A stretch of DNA of 64,000 nt. It comes from an uncultured Trueperaceae bacterium (GTDB taxonomy: Bacteria > Deinococcota > Deinococci > Deinococcales > Trueperaceae). A program made the position numbers and the translations under genes. Where the stretch lies: assembly GCA_963799485.1 (NCBI GenBank), contig CAWCXJ010000006.1:256001-320000 (forward strand), read 5' to 3'. The notes beneath the pieces were generated by a model that was not told the DNA's origin, did not search any database, and was given only the letters and a program-made list of their open reading frames with translations. Of this stretch, positions 1-9,222 are shown piece after piece. Every line of letters begins with the position of its first letter. Position 1 is the first letter of the stretch.

Positions 1-1007
1 AAAACGGTTTCGGTGAGGGTGTCGTTGACGCTCGAGGCGACAAATACCGAAGCGTCGCCGACGACTTCGGTGCGGTAGCCTTCGGGTAAATTGAAGCCTG
101 CCAGTGTAGAACGGACGTTGGCGGCTGCGGCGACGGCGTTTTCGCCGGAGAGTTTACGGACCTCGAGTAAAACGACCGGTTCACCGTTCAGCCGCGCATA
201 GGTCGCCGGCTCTTCAGATGTGTCGCGCACAGTGGCGACGTCGCCGACCCGGATACCCTGCGCCGAATCGACGCGAATCTCTTCGACGTTTCTAAGGCTT
301 TCCGGGGTCGCCCGCCCCGCTAACAAGAGCCGGTTGTCGGCAACCGTCAGGCTCCCGGCAGATACGTCTACGGCGGACGCGCCGATAGCTGCCGTAACCG
401 CTTGCGGCGTCAAGCCGTAAGCGTCTAGGCGGGCCGGGTCGAGCAGCACCTGAATTTCACGCGCCGACGGGCCGATGACAGAGACGTCGGCAACCCCGTC
501 GACGCGGCGCAAAACGGGTTGCAGTTCATCCTCGGCAAAGCGCTGAATGGTGCTTAAGCTGACCCCCGGCGCGGCGACGGCGACGCTCAAGATAGGCTGG
601 TCGGCGGGGTCGAACTTCTGTACGTTGGGGGTATCTGCCCCCTCGGGCAAAAACGACGCGACGGCGTTGACCCGCCCGCTTACGTCAATGGCGGCCTCGT
701 TGATATCGACGCCCGCGTCGAACTGGGCGATAACGAAGCTGAACCCCTCGTTCGACACCGAAGTCACCGAGCTGATGCCCGGCAACGTGGCGAGTTGACC
801 CTCTAAGGGTTCGGAAACCCCGCGCGCGACCTCCTCCGGCCCTGCACCCTGGTAGCTGGTGGTCACGGCGACGACCGGAATTTCAAATTCGGGCAGCAGA
901 TCGATCCCGACGCCGAGTGCGCTGATGACCCCGAACAAAACGAGCGCGCCGAAGACGCTAAAGGTCAAAACGTAGTTATCGACGAAAAACCGGATCAATC
1001 TGTTCAT
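1..1007 (-). CDS. RND efflux transporter permease (AcrB/AcrD/AcrF family), 5' part; runs off the window
   Basis: Manual translation (absent from the ORF track): MNRLIRFFVDNYVLTFSVFGALVLFGVISALGVGIDLLPEFEIPVVAVTTSYQGAGPEEVARGVSEPLE..., a typical AcrB N-terminus; SD GCAGGAG before the ATG at 1007. Confidence 0.92.
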   Translation of the reverse strand, partial: MNRLIRFFVDNYVLTFSVFGALVLFGVISALGVGIDLLPEFEIPVVAVTTSYQGAGPEEVARGVSEPLEGQLATLPGISSVTSVSNEGFSFVIAQFDAGVDINEAAIDVSGRVNAVASFLPEGADTPNVQKFDPADQPILSVAVAAPGVSLSTIQRFAEDELQPVLRRVDGVADVSVIGPSAREIQVLLDPARLDAYGLTPQAVTAAIGASAVDVSAGSLTVADNRLLLAGRATPESLRNVEEIRVDSAQGIRVGDVATVRDTSEEPATYARLNGEPVVLLEVRKLSGENAVAAAANVRSTLAGFNLPEGYRTEVVGDASVFVASSVNDTLTETV

Positions 1008-1403
1008 GCGTCTCCTGCAGTCGTGTTTACGCCCCTACCCACGCCCAGAAATTTGGGGGGCGTAGCGGGGGTGAGATCGGCGGGTGCGGCCCTTGCGTTC
1101 TCGAAATTACCGGACACGGCCTGTATGTTCAGGCAAGCCGCACCGGTGGTTTGCGACTCTTCGGGTCTCATCGTCCCCGGTAGTTGGTTGAATACGGGTT
1201 GCAAAAATGCACCGCCCGAACGCCGCCAGGGTCGCGGACGCTCATGGGCATTTTGCAGCTTACGCACAGCTAAAGACAAGGTCGGGCAGGTATAGGTATC
1301 ATGATCGTCCAGAACATAGCCCGATTGTAGACGGGAAACATACGCGGTGTCTGCGTAGCGCGCTTCCATTTGAAGCACTCCAGATGACAGTTTGACAACC
1401 CCT

Positions 1404-1447
1404 GGTTAATGTCCGGCGTAGGTTGGGTTAAGTGGCGGTTAAGACAG
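1404..1447. promoter_or_regulatory. Four 11-bp phased direct repeats (GGTTAA core), candidate OmpR/PhoB-type binding array
   Basis: GGTTAATGTCC GGCGTAGGTTG GGTTAAGTGGC GGTTAAGACAG. Confidence 0.45.
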
Positions 1448-1659
1448 AAGAAGCTACCAGGTACCTGTTCGACGGGAAAACCAATATCGGTGCAGAGTGC
1501 CGCGGTGAGGGGGGCTCACGCTACGGGGAAGCTTGATTGTTTGGCGCGTGCAGCGGCTGGACCCTAGACGAACCCAAAGCGCAATTCGAAGCTTGCCGCG
1601 AGCCAATCCTGTTACAGTAAGCTGTTACGTGTTGCTACGGCCTACTTAAGGGGATATAT

Positions 1660-3459
1660 ATGAACTCTGTCCGTTCCGGTCTACTCGTCTTTACGTTTTA
1701 CGCGGTGCTCTGCGCGGGCGTCGGCTCAGCCCAGGCTGCCCCGAATCCGGCTAACCTGAATGAAGCCGACCTGACTGCGGTTATCCGCACGCTCATGAGC
1801 CGCCTGAGTAACGCCGACTTGACCCCCGCCCAGTTGCAGCAGCTCGGCAACCTGCAAACGCGCCTCACCGAGCTGACCGGGACTGCCGCGGACAGTGCGG
1901 CTACGGCGGCTACGCCGCAAGCTCTAGCGCAAGCCCGGCGTGCACGTGACGCGGCGCAAACCCGCAGTCAAACCCTGCAAAGAGACCTGGCGGCGGCGCA
2001 AGAACAGCTGCAAGAACTAAATGCGTCGCTTAGGGCGGCGCAAACCCAGGCGGCGCAAAGGGCAGCACAAAACGAGCGCTTTACGGCGCAATTGCAAGAA
2101 GCCCAAACCCAGGCGGAGAGCCGCCAACAAGATCTTGGGGCCGCGCAGCAACAGCTGCAGCAACTCACTACCGAACTAAGAACGGCTAAAGACAACGCCG
2201 CCGCGCAGGCAACCCGAATAGACACGTTGACCCGGCAGCTTACGGCGGCGCAAAACCAGGCCGACGAAAGGAGCGCACAAAACGATGCGTTGACCAAACA
2301 GCTGAGCGCCGCCCAAACGCAGCAAAACACGCTTCAGAACCGGCTGCAGGGTGTCCGGACGCAGGTACAGACGTTGACCACCGACCTCGAGGCGGCGCGG
2401 GCGCAAGCCGCCGAACGCACTACGCAAAACGAGCAGCTCACAAGCCGCTTGAGTGCCGCACAGGAACGGGTTCAGGCACTTTCCGAGGAGCTAAACACCG
2501 CTCGCGGTCGCCGAGAAGCGCTGCAAACCCAACTGAGTGACGCACAGGCGCAAATCCAGGAACTGACCGCGAACTTAGGGGCGGCGCGGACGCAGGCGAA
2601 CGAAAGTCGAACGCAAAACGAAGCCTTGACCGAACAGCTCACTGCTGCCCAAGCGCAGCGAGAAACGTTGCAAAAGCAACTAGCGCAGGCCCAAACCCGG
2701 ATTGAAACGCTGACCGGAGACCTCGAGACCGCGCAAACTCAGGCCCGTGAGCGTGGCGCGCAAGTCGACACCCTGACGGGTCAGCTGCAGGCAGCCAAAG
2801 CGCAAAGCGCGAACCTGCAAAATACGCTGAGCGACGTTCGGGCGCAGGTCGAAACGCTGAACGGACAGCTCACCCAGCTGCAGAACGCCCGCGACACGGC
2901 GCAAACGAACCTGCAGGAGGCCAGGGCCAACCTCGAGACTACCCAGTCCGAGCTCGAGGCCAGGGGCGAACAACTCGACGAGGCGCAAACTCAGCTCGAA
3001 GCTACGCGCGGGCAGCTCAGCACCCTCAACACCCAGCTCGCCGACCTCACTGAAGAACGCAACACCCTGGCGCAGCAGTTGAGCGCCACGACCGGTGCGA
3101 GCCGCGCGCAGCTCCTGAAACCGGCTGAAACGCAGCTCAGCGACGCCCGCGCGCGCGCAGGCATCTTGTCAAGCCAGCTCCGCGACTTTTTGGTCGTCTC
3201 CCCGAGTGTGGCAGACCTGAGCGACGCCCAGCGAAACGAGTACAACACCTTGCGGCAAAACCTCGAGCGGGCGCAAGAGAACGTCGCACGGCTTTCGGGC
3301 GCGCAAGACACCTACGTCGTCCGTTCCGGCGATTCGCTTTCAAAAATCGCCCTGGCCTACTACGGCGTCGGCAACCGCTGGCCCGACATCTTGGAGGCGA
3401 ACCGTCACCTCGCCGACCCCGAGCGGCCTTACGTCGGGATGGTGCTCGTTATTCCGTAA
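1660..3459 (+). CDS. Secreted long coiled-coil protein with C-terminal LysM domain
   Basis: Signal peptide ending AQA; about 450 aa of Q/A/L/T/E-rich heptad repeats; LysM motif YVVRSGDSLSKIALAYYG...WPDILEAN...GMVLVIP. Confidence 0.88.
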   Translation: MNSVRSGLLVFTFYAVLCAGVGSAQAAPNPANLNEADLTAVIRTLMSRLSNADLTPAQLQQLGNLQTRLTELTGTAADSAATAATPQALAQARRARDAAQTRSQTLQRDLAAAQEQLQELNASLRAAQTQAAQRAAQNERFTAQLQEAQTQAESRQQDLGAAQQQLQQLTTELRTAKDNAAAQATRIDTLTRQLTAAQNQADERSAQNDALTKQLSAAQTQQNTLQNRLQGVRTQVQTLTTDLEAARAQAAERTTQNEQLTSRLSAAQERVQALSEELNTARGRREALQTQLSDAQAQIQELTANLGAARTQANESRTQNEALTEQLTAAQAQRETLQKQLAQAQTRIETLTGDLETAQTQARERGAQVDTLTGQLQAAKAQSANLQNTLSDVRAQVETLNGQLTQLQNARDTAQTNLQEARANLETTQSELEARGEQLDEAQTQLEATRGQLSTLNTQLADLTEERNTLAQQLSATTGASRAQLLKPAETQLSDARARAGILSSQLRDFLVVSPSVADLSDAQRNEYNTLRQNLERAQENVARLSGAQDTYVVRSGDSLSKIALAYYGVGNRWPDILEANRHLADPERPYVGMVLVIP

Positions 3460-3673
3460 GGGATTCTTGCAAGGGGTGCTCACCACATCATCGGGAGAAA
3501 GCACAAAACTATGGCGAGGTTGGACGCGGCTTCGCCATAGTTTTGTGCTTTTCTTGGTATCACCGGGTCAGCTTGTTCGGCTTCTGCAAAGGACGTTTTC
3601 TGGACGAGCGGCCAGGTTCCCCTTTACGCGGCGGAACCTGTGCAACCGGCAGCTGGTTCTTAACAATACGTTC

Positions 3674-4591
3674 TCAAGCGTAAAACGCCTCCAGTTCGGC
3701 GCGGGTAGGTGGGTCTGCGCCGGGCCGGGTGCAGTTGAGCGCAGCGGCGGCGGCGGCAAAGGCGAGTGCGCCGCGCCATACGGCGTCCGGCAAGCTGCTG
3801 AAGCCGCTCGTGTGGCCTTTTTCGGTAAGCCGCACCATCAGCGCGCCCATAAAGGTGTCGCCTGCACCGACGGTATCAGCGATGCGGACGCGCGGGATGG
3901 GAACCTCGAGCCGTCCCTGCGCGCGTACCAGCACGGTGCCGGAGCCGCCTTGCGTAACGACGACCGCTTCCGGGCCGTGCTTTAACCAGCTCTCGGCAGC
4001 TGCCAGCGGGTCGGCGTCCGGATAGAGCCAGCGCAAATCCTGCGAGCTGACCTTGACGAGGTGGCTGAGCTCCAGAGCCGCTTCCAGACGCGCCTGATAC
4101 GCGGCCCTGTCCGGGATAAGCGTGGGTCTGACGTTCGGGTCGAAGATGACCGCGCAGCGCGCCCGGTGCGCGGCGACCGTTTCTAGAATCGCCGTCGCAC
4201 CAGGTTCGCGCAGCAGGCTGATCGAGCCGAACTCCAAAAATTCAACTCCAGGTAACGCGGGGCGTGGACGCGGGTTGTAACGCGTATCGGCGGCCCCCTC
4301 GCCGATAAAAGAAAAGTCCACGTCGCCGCCCGACTCGGCGACGAACGCCAGCGTCGAGGGCGCGTCGTCGCGGATAATCAGCGAGCGGTCTACGCCGTTG
4401 TCTTTTAGGTGCGCCATAATCGCTTCGCCGAACAGGTCACGCGAGACCTGCGCGGCGAGCGCGACCGGCGTGCCCAGCCGCGCCGCCGCCAGCGTGACGT
4501 TAAGCGGTGAGCCGCCGACAAACCCCTGAAAGGCGAGCGGGCCGGTTTCCTTAAAGTCGATCAGCGCTTCGCCGAAACAGACGATCTTCAT
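3674..4591 (-). CDS. PfkB-family carbohydrate kinase (fructokinase-like)
   Basis: MKIVCFGEALIDF, GGSPLNV, FDPNVR and DTVGAGD motifs; start trimmed to the ATG at 4591. Confidence 0.9.
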   Translation of the reverse strand: MKIVCFGEALIDFKETGPLAFQGFVGGSPLNVTLAAARLGTPVALAAQVSRDLFGEAIMAHLKDNGVDRSLIIRDDAPSTLAFVAESGGDVDFSFIGEGAADTRYNPRPRPALPGVEFLEFGSISLLREPGATAILETVAAHRARCAVIFDPNVRPTLIPDRAAYQARLEAALELSHLVKVSSQDLRWLYPDADPLAAAESWLKHGPEAVVVTQGGSGTVLVRAQGRLEVPIPRVRIADTVGAGDTFMGALMVRLTEKGHTSGFSSLPDAVWRGALAFAAAAAALNCTRPGADPPTRAELEAFYA

Positions 4592-4792
4592 AAAGTTCCG
4601 GTAGTGCTGTAGGCACGGGTGTAGGCGCGGGGTTGTGCCCGGTGGGTACAACCTTGTGGTGCTGACGCAGTACTTTTTTGTCTCGAGCCGGTTGACCGCG
4701 AAGCTGTGATGCTCTTTAACTCATTCATGTTGAGGTCAGCCTACCGCAAATCGGCCTGCTCCGAAAAGCAGGCCGCGCCGGGGGAGGTCCCC

Positions 4793-5953
4793 TTAGCGTT
4801 CAGGAAGTGTATGGCTTCCGCGTGTGGGAGGCACAGAAGGCAGCGCGCGGCGTGGCGGCGGCAAGGTGGTGTGAAGCGCGGTCTGGGCCGAGGTGGGCCG
4901 TAAAACCTTTGCCTTGGTGGCTACGCGCCCGCAGACCGCCTCATAAGCCGCGAGGGTTTTTTGGGCAATCGCGTTCCAACCCAGTTCCGCGAGTTGGAGC
5001 GCGGCGCGCGGCGCTGCGGCCCACTCGAGCGCACCGGAGAGCGTCTCAGGGGTCAGCTCACCCTGAAACGTTCTAACCCAGGCCTCTCCGGCGTAGCGCT
5101 GCAGGTCACCCATCGCGCCGCGCGCCGGTACGAGCGCCGGAACGTCGAACGACAGGGCCAGCATCGCACTCGACGAGTTCAAAATGTCTTGATAGGGCAG
5201 CGCCATGAGGTCGCTGGCGCGCAGATAGAGCTGCAAGTCGTCGTCGGGAACGAACTCGAGACAGAGCTTGACGCGCGGGTCGGAACCGGCGGCGCTGTTA
5301 ATCTCGTCTCTTAGCCAGGCGTCTTTGGTCTTCCCGACGATGAGGAGTGCGAGGTCGCCGCCGGGTAGCTGCCGAAAGGTGCGTACCAGATGCGGTACGT
5401 TTTTGTAGGCGCGGATATGTCCGGCAAACGAGACGACGCGCGCCGTTTCGTCTATCCCCAGCCGACGCCGCGCCGCGGCTCTAGAGAACGTATCCCGGTA
5501 ATGACCCCGGTAGTGACCGAGCGGCACGATAAAAGAGGGCACCTTCTTAAGGTGAGGAAACTTTGCTTCGGCGAGCCGCTGCCCCTCAGGGCTCAGCGCA
5601 ATCCAGCCGTCGAGCAGCCGGACGAACTGCCGCCAGAAGTGGGGCTCGAGGCGTGGGTGCCTGCCCTCATGCTGCTTTAGGTTGTGCGCTGTCCAGATAA
5701 TTTTAGTACCGCGCGCTCTCGCTGCGTGCATCTCGGTAAGAAGCCGCGTCGCCTGCGCGCCCGCCCAAAACGAACGGGGATCGATCAGGCGGTTTTCAGG
5801 CCAGTGCATATGCCACACATCGAAAGACCTTTTGACCGTCATGAAGGGCGAAAAGTCGGTGACCTCGGCGTCCAGCGCCTCGAGGTGCGTGTAGAGCCGG
5901 GTGATATACGGTTGCTGAACGTAATTGAGTCCGGGCCAGGCGAGAACGCGCAT
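4793..5953 (-). CDS. Glycosyltransferase family 4 (GT-B)
   Basis: WTAHNLKQHE, FAGHIRAYKNV and LYLRASDLMALPY...LNSSSAMLALSF motifs. Confidence 0.88.
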   Translation of the reverse strand: MRVLAWPGLNYVQQPYITRLYTHLEALDAEVTDFSPFMTVKRSFDVWHMHWPENRLIDPRSFWAGAQATRLLTEMHAARARGTKIIWTAHNLKQHEGRHPRLEPHFWRQFVRLLDGWIALSPEGQRLAEAKFPHLKKVPSFIVPLGHYRGHYRDTFSRAAARRRLGIDETARVVSFAGHIRAYKNVPHLVRTFRQLPGGDLALLIVGKTKDAWLRDEINSAAGSDPRVKLCLEFVPDDDLQLYLRASDLMALPYQDILNSSSAMLALSFDVPALVPARGAMGDLQRYAGEAWVRTFQGELTPETLSGALEWAAAPRAALQLAELGWNAIAQKTLAAYEAVCGRVATKAKVLRPTSAQTALHTTLPPPRRALPSVPPTRGSHTLPER

Positions 5954-6246
5954 AAAGCAATCTTAAGTCAAAAGTTTTACAAAAGCTGTGACGGATGTGA
6001 GAAAAGCCACGTCGAAAGCTGCCCATCATGGCGTGTGTCGGAAAATAGTGTAGACCCTACAGGGTCGCGGCCCGGCATTACATTACCTTTATGTAGCTGC
6101 CGGGTATGGTCGTTTGAACCGGCGTGCAAGGTGCCGGTAGTTTAGGATAGCGGATGTGTTTAGAAGGAGTTCGCCGTGAGTAACCGGGTAAACCACAACG
6201 TAACTTTTGGGCCGCGTCGCCGTGCTGCGCGCTGTTTGGTGAACGT

Positions 6247-7221
6247 GTGAGACCTGTTTTTATCTTCGGCTGCGACCGTAGCGGTACGACTTTTTTGGGT
6301 TCACTGCTCGGTTCGCACAGTCTCTGCGTCACCACCTTAGAGTCGCAGTTCGTCTACGAAAACTATAAAACAGCGCATGTAGACAAGGTGTTCGACTTGG
6401 AGCGGGCGCTGTCCAAGCTCAAGGGCAGTTTTCGTTTCAGGCTCTGGAACCTCGACCTGGACATTGACGAGGCGCGGCGTCAGGGCGTCGATTCTTACGC
6501 GAAACTCGTGCAGTTTATCGTCCAGACCTACGCCGACGCGGTAGGGCGCGGGGGCGCTACGGTGTGGGTCGACCACACGCCGCACAACCGTGAACATACC
6601 GTTTATCTGTCGCAAATGTTTCCGGAGGCCCGGTTCGTGCACATCGTCCGCGACGGTCGGGCGATTTCGGCGTCGTTTAAGACGTTGCCCTGGCGTAACC
6701 ACGGCGTCGTCAAAAGTTGCCGTTACTGGGTCGAGAAAGTTGGTCAAGGGCTCGCCGCCGAATCTTACCTCGGCCCGGAAAAATGCGTCCGTATCCGCTA
6801 CGAAGACCTCATCATGAACCCGGAAGCTACCCTTAAAGACCTCGCGCCGTTTTTGGAGCTTACGTTTGAACCGCAGATGGTGCTGGGTGGCGGCTTCGGC
6901 CCCCCCGCCCTGACGGTCTCGCAACACGCCTTGGTCGGTAAACCTGCCGACCCCAAACGCATCAACGCCTGGGAGAAGAAACTCTCGAGCCGCGACGTCG
7001 AGGTGTTCGAGGCGACTAGCGGCGATATGCTCGCGTGTCTGGGGTACCCGCTTAGGTTCGGTGTTTACGCCCGGGGGCAGACGCGCCGGGAGCGTTACCG
7101 CGACCGGCTGCTGGACGTGTTTTATCACCGGCGGCGTGACGGCCTCAAGGAGCGGGCGCAGCGTAAGCGCACCCTGGAGCAGCTCGAGGCCGAAGGCTAC
7201 CTCAATAAACGTACAGGCTAA
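6247..7221 (+). CDS. PAPS-dependent sulfotransferase (Sulfotransfer_3-like)
   Basis: 5'-PSB motif FIFGCDRSGTT, 3'-PB motif HIVRDGRAISAS, and RYEDL. Confidence 0.9.
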   Translation: MRPVFIFGCDRSGTTFLGSLLGSHSLCVTTLESQFVYENYKTAHVDKVFDLERALSKLKGSFRFRLWNLDLDIDEARRQGVDSYAKLVQFIVQTYADAVGRGGATVWVDHTPHNREHTVYLSQMFPEARFVHIVRDGRAISASFKTLPWRNHGVVKSCRYWVEKVGQGLAAESYLGPEKCVRIRYEDLIMNPEATLKDLAPFLELTFEPQMVLGGGFGPPALTVSQHALVGKPADPKRINAWEKKLSSRDVEVFEATSGDMLACLGYPLRFGVYARGQTRRERYRDRLLDVFYHRRRDGLKERAQRKRTLEQLEAEGYLNKRTG

Positions 7222-7224
7222 GCC

Positions 7225-9222
7225 TCAAACGTTTTCGGGGGCAGGCCGCTGCTTGTCCTGTCCCTGATACTGCAGTTCGTAAAGCTTGCGGTAGTAACCG
7301 CCCTGCTCCAACAGCTCGAAGTGGTTGCCCTGCTCCAACAATTGCCCCTTTTTCATCACCATAATCCGGTCGACGTTTTGAATCGTCGAAAGCCTATGCG
7401 CGATGATAATGCTCGTGCGGCCCTGCATGAGCTTTTCTAACGCGTCTTGAATCAGCTCTTCGGTTTCGGTATCGACGTTGGCGGTCGCTTCGTCTAGCAC
7501 GAGCAAGATATCCGGGTTTTGCACCAGCGCCCGGGCAAAGGCGATGAGCTGTTTTTGCCCGGTGGAGAACCCTGCGCCGCGTTCTCGAACCGGCGTGTCG
7601 TAGCCTTGCGGCAATTTTTCTATGAAGCCGTGCGCGTTGACGAACTTCGCGGCTTCGGTCGCGCGCGCTAAGGAGATATCGGGGTCATTCAAGGTGATAT
7701 TGCTCCGCACCGTCCCGCTAAACAAAAACGGGTCTTGCAAGACGATGCCGACGTGCCGCCGCAGTTCAATCTGGTCGTAATCCTTAACGTCTTTGCCGTC
7801 GAGCCTTACGTTGCCGCGCTGCACATCGTAAAAGCGGCTGACGAGACTGATAATGGTCGTTTTGCCCGCCCCGGTATGCCCGACGAACGCCACCGATTCA
7901 CCCGGCTCGATGGTAAAGTCCAGGTCGCGCAACACCCACTCGTCTTCGTTGTAGGAAAACCAGACCCGGTCGAACTCGACTTTGCCGCGAAACCCGGATT
8001 CGAAGGTGTCGGCGTCTTGTTCGGAAGTGACCTCTTCAGGCGTGTCTAAAAGCCCAAAAATCCGCTCCGCCGAGGCTGTCGCCGCCTGCAAGATGTTAAA
8101 ACGGTCGCTCAGGTTTTGGATGGGCCGGAAAAAGTCTTGTGAATACTGCAAAAACGCGGTCAACAGTCCGATGGTGATTGCGCTCTCTGCCCCGGCAGGG
8201 CTACCTGTAAGCAGCACCGCCCCGTAGTAGAGAATCAGCGCCACCGAGACCGCGCTGGTCAGCTGCACGACCGGAAAAAAGAGGCTGAACCAGCGCACCT
8301 GTTCGGCGTAGGCGTCGAGCAAGTCCAGATTGATGCGGTCGAACTCGCGTTCGTTACGCCGCTCGCGGTTAAAAAGCTGTACGGTCTTCATCCCCGAGAG
8401 GTTTTCGGACAAGTAAGCGTTCGACTTCGAGGTGCGCAGCCGCACCGCCCGAAACGCATCGCGGATACGGCTACGAACGTAATTGAGGACAAGGTACAAG
8501 ACGGGCATAACTGAAAGCGTAATCAGTGCGAGCTGCCAGTTGATGGCAAACATGTAGATCATTAGTCCGATGAGCAGACCCACATCGGCGATAATTCCGA
8601 CCACGCCGTCGACCACCGCTTGCTGAATTGCCTCGATGTCGCTGGTGACCCGCGTAATCAGCCGTCCGACCGGGGTGCGGTCAAAAAATCCCATATGCAG
8701 CCGCTGCACCTTGCTGAAAATCTCGCTGCGGATATCGAAAATCACGTGCTGACCGAGCCAGTTGACCAGGTAGGTGTAGCCGTAGCGAAGCGCGAAGTTG
8801 AGCGCCCGAAGGCCCATATAAATCAAGACCAGCGTCACGACGCCGTTATAGCGGGCGTTAGTAGAGAGTTCCGTGAAAGGTGCCGCCACCGGATTGAGGT
8901 AACGGTCGATCGCCAGCGTAATCAGGTAGGGGAAAACCGGGACGACCGCGCTGTAGATCAGTAGCAGCGCGATGGCCCAAAAGACGTGTGCACGGTAAGG
9001 GCGCAGGTAGCGCAGGAGTCGCCTCGAGACCCCCCCACTCAACTCTTGATTGACCGCTTCACCTTCTTCGTCGAAACGGCCTTCGCGCCGGAGCGCCGCC
9101 ACTTTGCGCCGCCGCACGCGCCGCGCCTGCTGTTTGGCTTCTTTGAGGTTGTAGTCGTCTATAGGCTGCACTTTTATAGGCTGAACTTTTGTGGACTGCA
9201 CGTTTACCTCGTCACGCGGCAT
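7225..9222 (-). CDS. ABC exporter, fused TMD-NBD (heterodimer subunit B)
   Basis: TM helices; Walker A GHTGAGKT, signature FSTGQKQ, Walker B LVLDE, H-loop AHRLST. Confidence 0.93.
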   Translation of the reverse strand: MPRDEVNVQSTKVQPIKVQPIDDYNLKEAKQQARRVRRRKVAALRREGRFDEEGEAVNQELSGGVSRRLLRYLRPYRAHVFWAIALLLIYSAVVPVFPYLITLAIDRYLNPVAAPFTELSTNARYNGVVTLVLIYMGLRALNFALRYGYTYLVNWLGQHVIFDIRSEIFSKVQRLHMGFFDRTPVGRLITRVTSDIEAIQQAVVDGVVGIIADVGLLIGLMIYMFAINWQLALITLSVMPVLYLVLNYVRSRIRDAFRAVRLRTSKSNAYLSENLSGMKTVQLFNRERRNEREFDRINLDLLDAYAEQVRWFSLFFPVVQLTSAVSVALILYYGAVLLTGSPAGAESAITIGLLTAFLQYSQDFFRPIQNLSDRFNILQAATASAERIFGLLDTPEEVTSEQDADTFESGFRGKVEFDRVWFSYNEDEWVLRDLDFTIEPGESVAFVGHTGAGKTTIISLVSRFYDVQRGNVRLDGKDVKDYDQIELRRHVGIVLQDPFLFSGTVRSNITLNDPDISLARATEAAKFVNAHGFIEKLPQGYDTPVRERGAGFSTGQKQLIAFARALVQNPDILLVLDEATANVDTETEELIQDALEKLMQGRTSIIIAHRLSTIQNVDRIMVMKKGQLLEQGNHFELLEQGGYYRKLYELQYQGQDKQRPAPENV

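Noticed and set aside
6337..7128. Long antisense ORFs (also 39741-40721 and 9732-10415)
   Set aside because: Shadow frames of real genes in GC-rich DNA, with no motifs.
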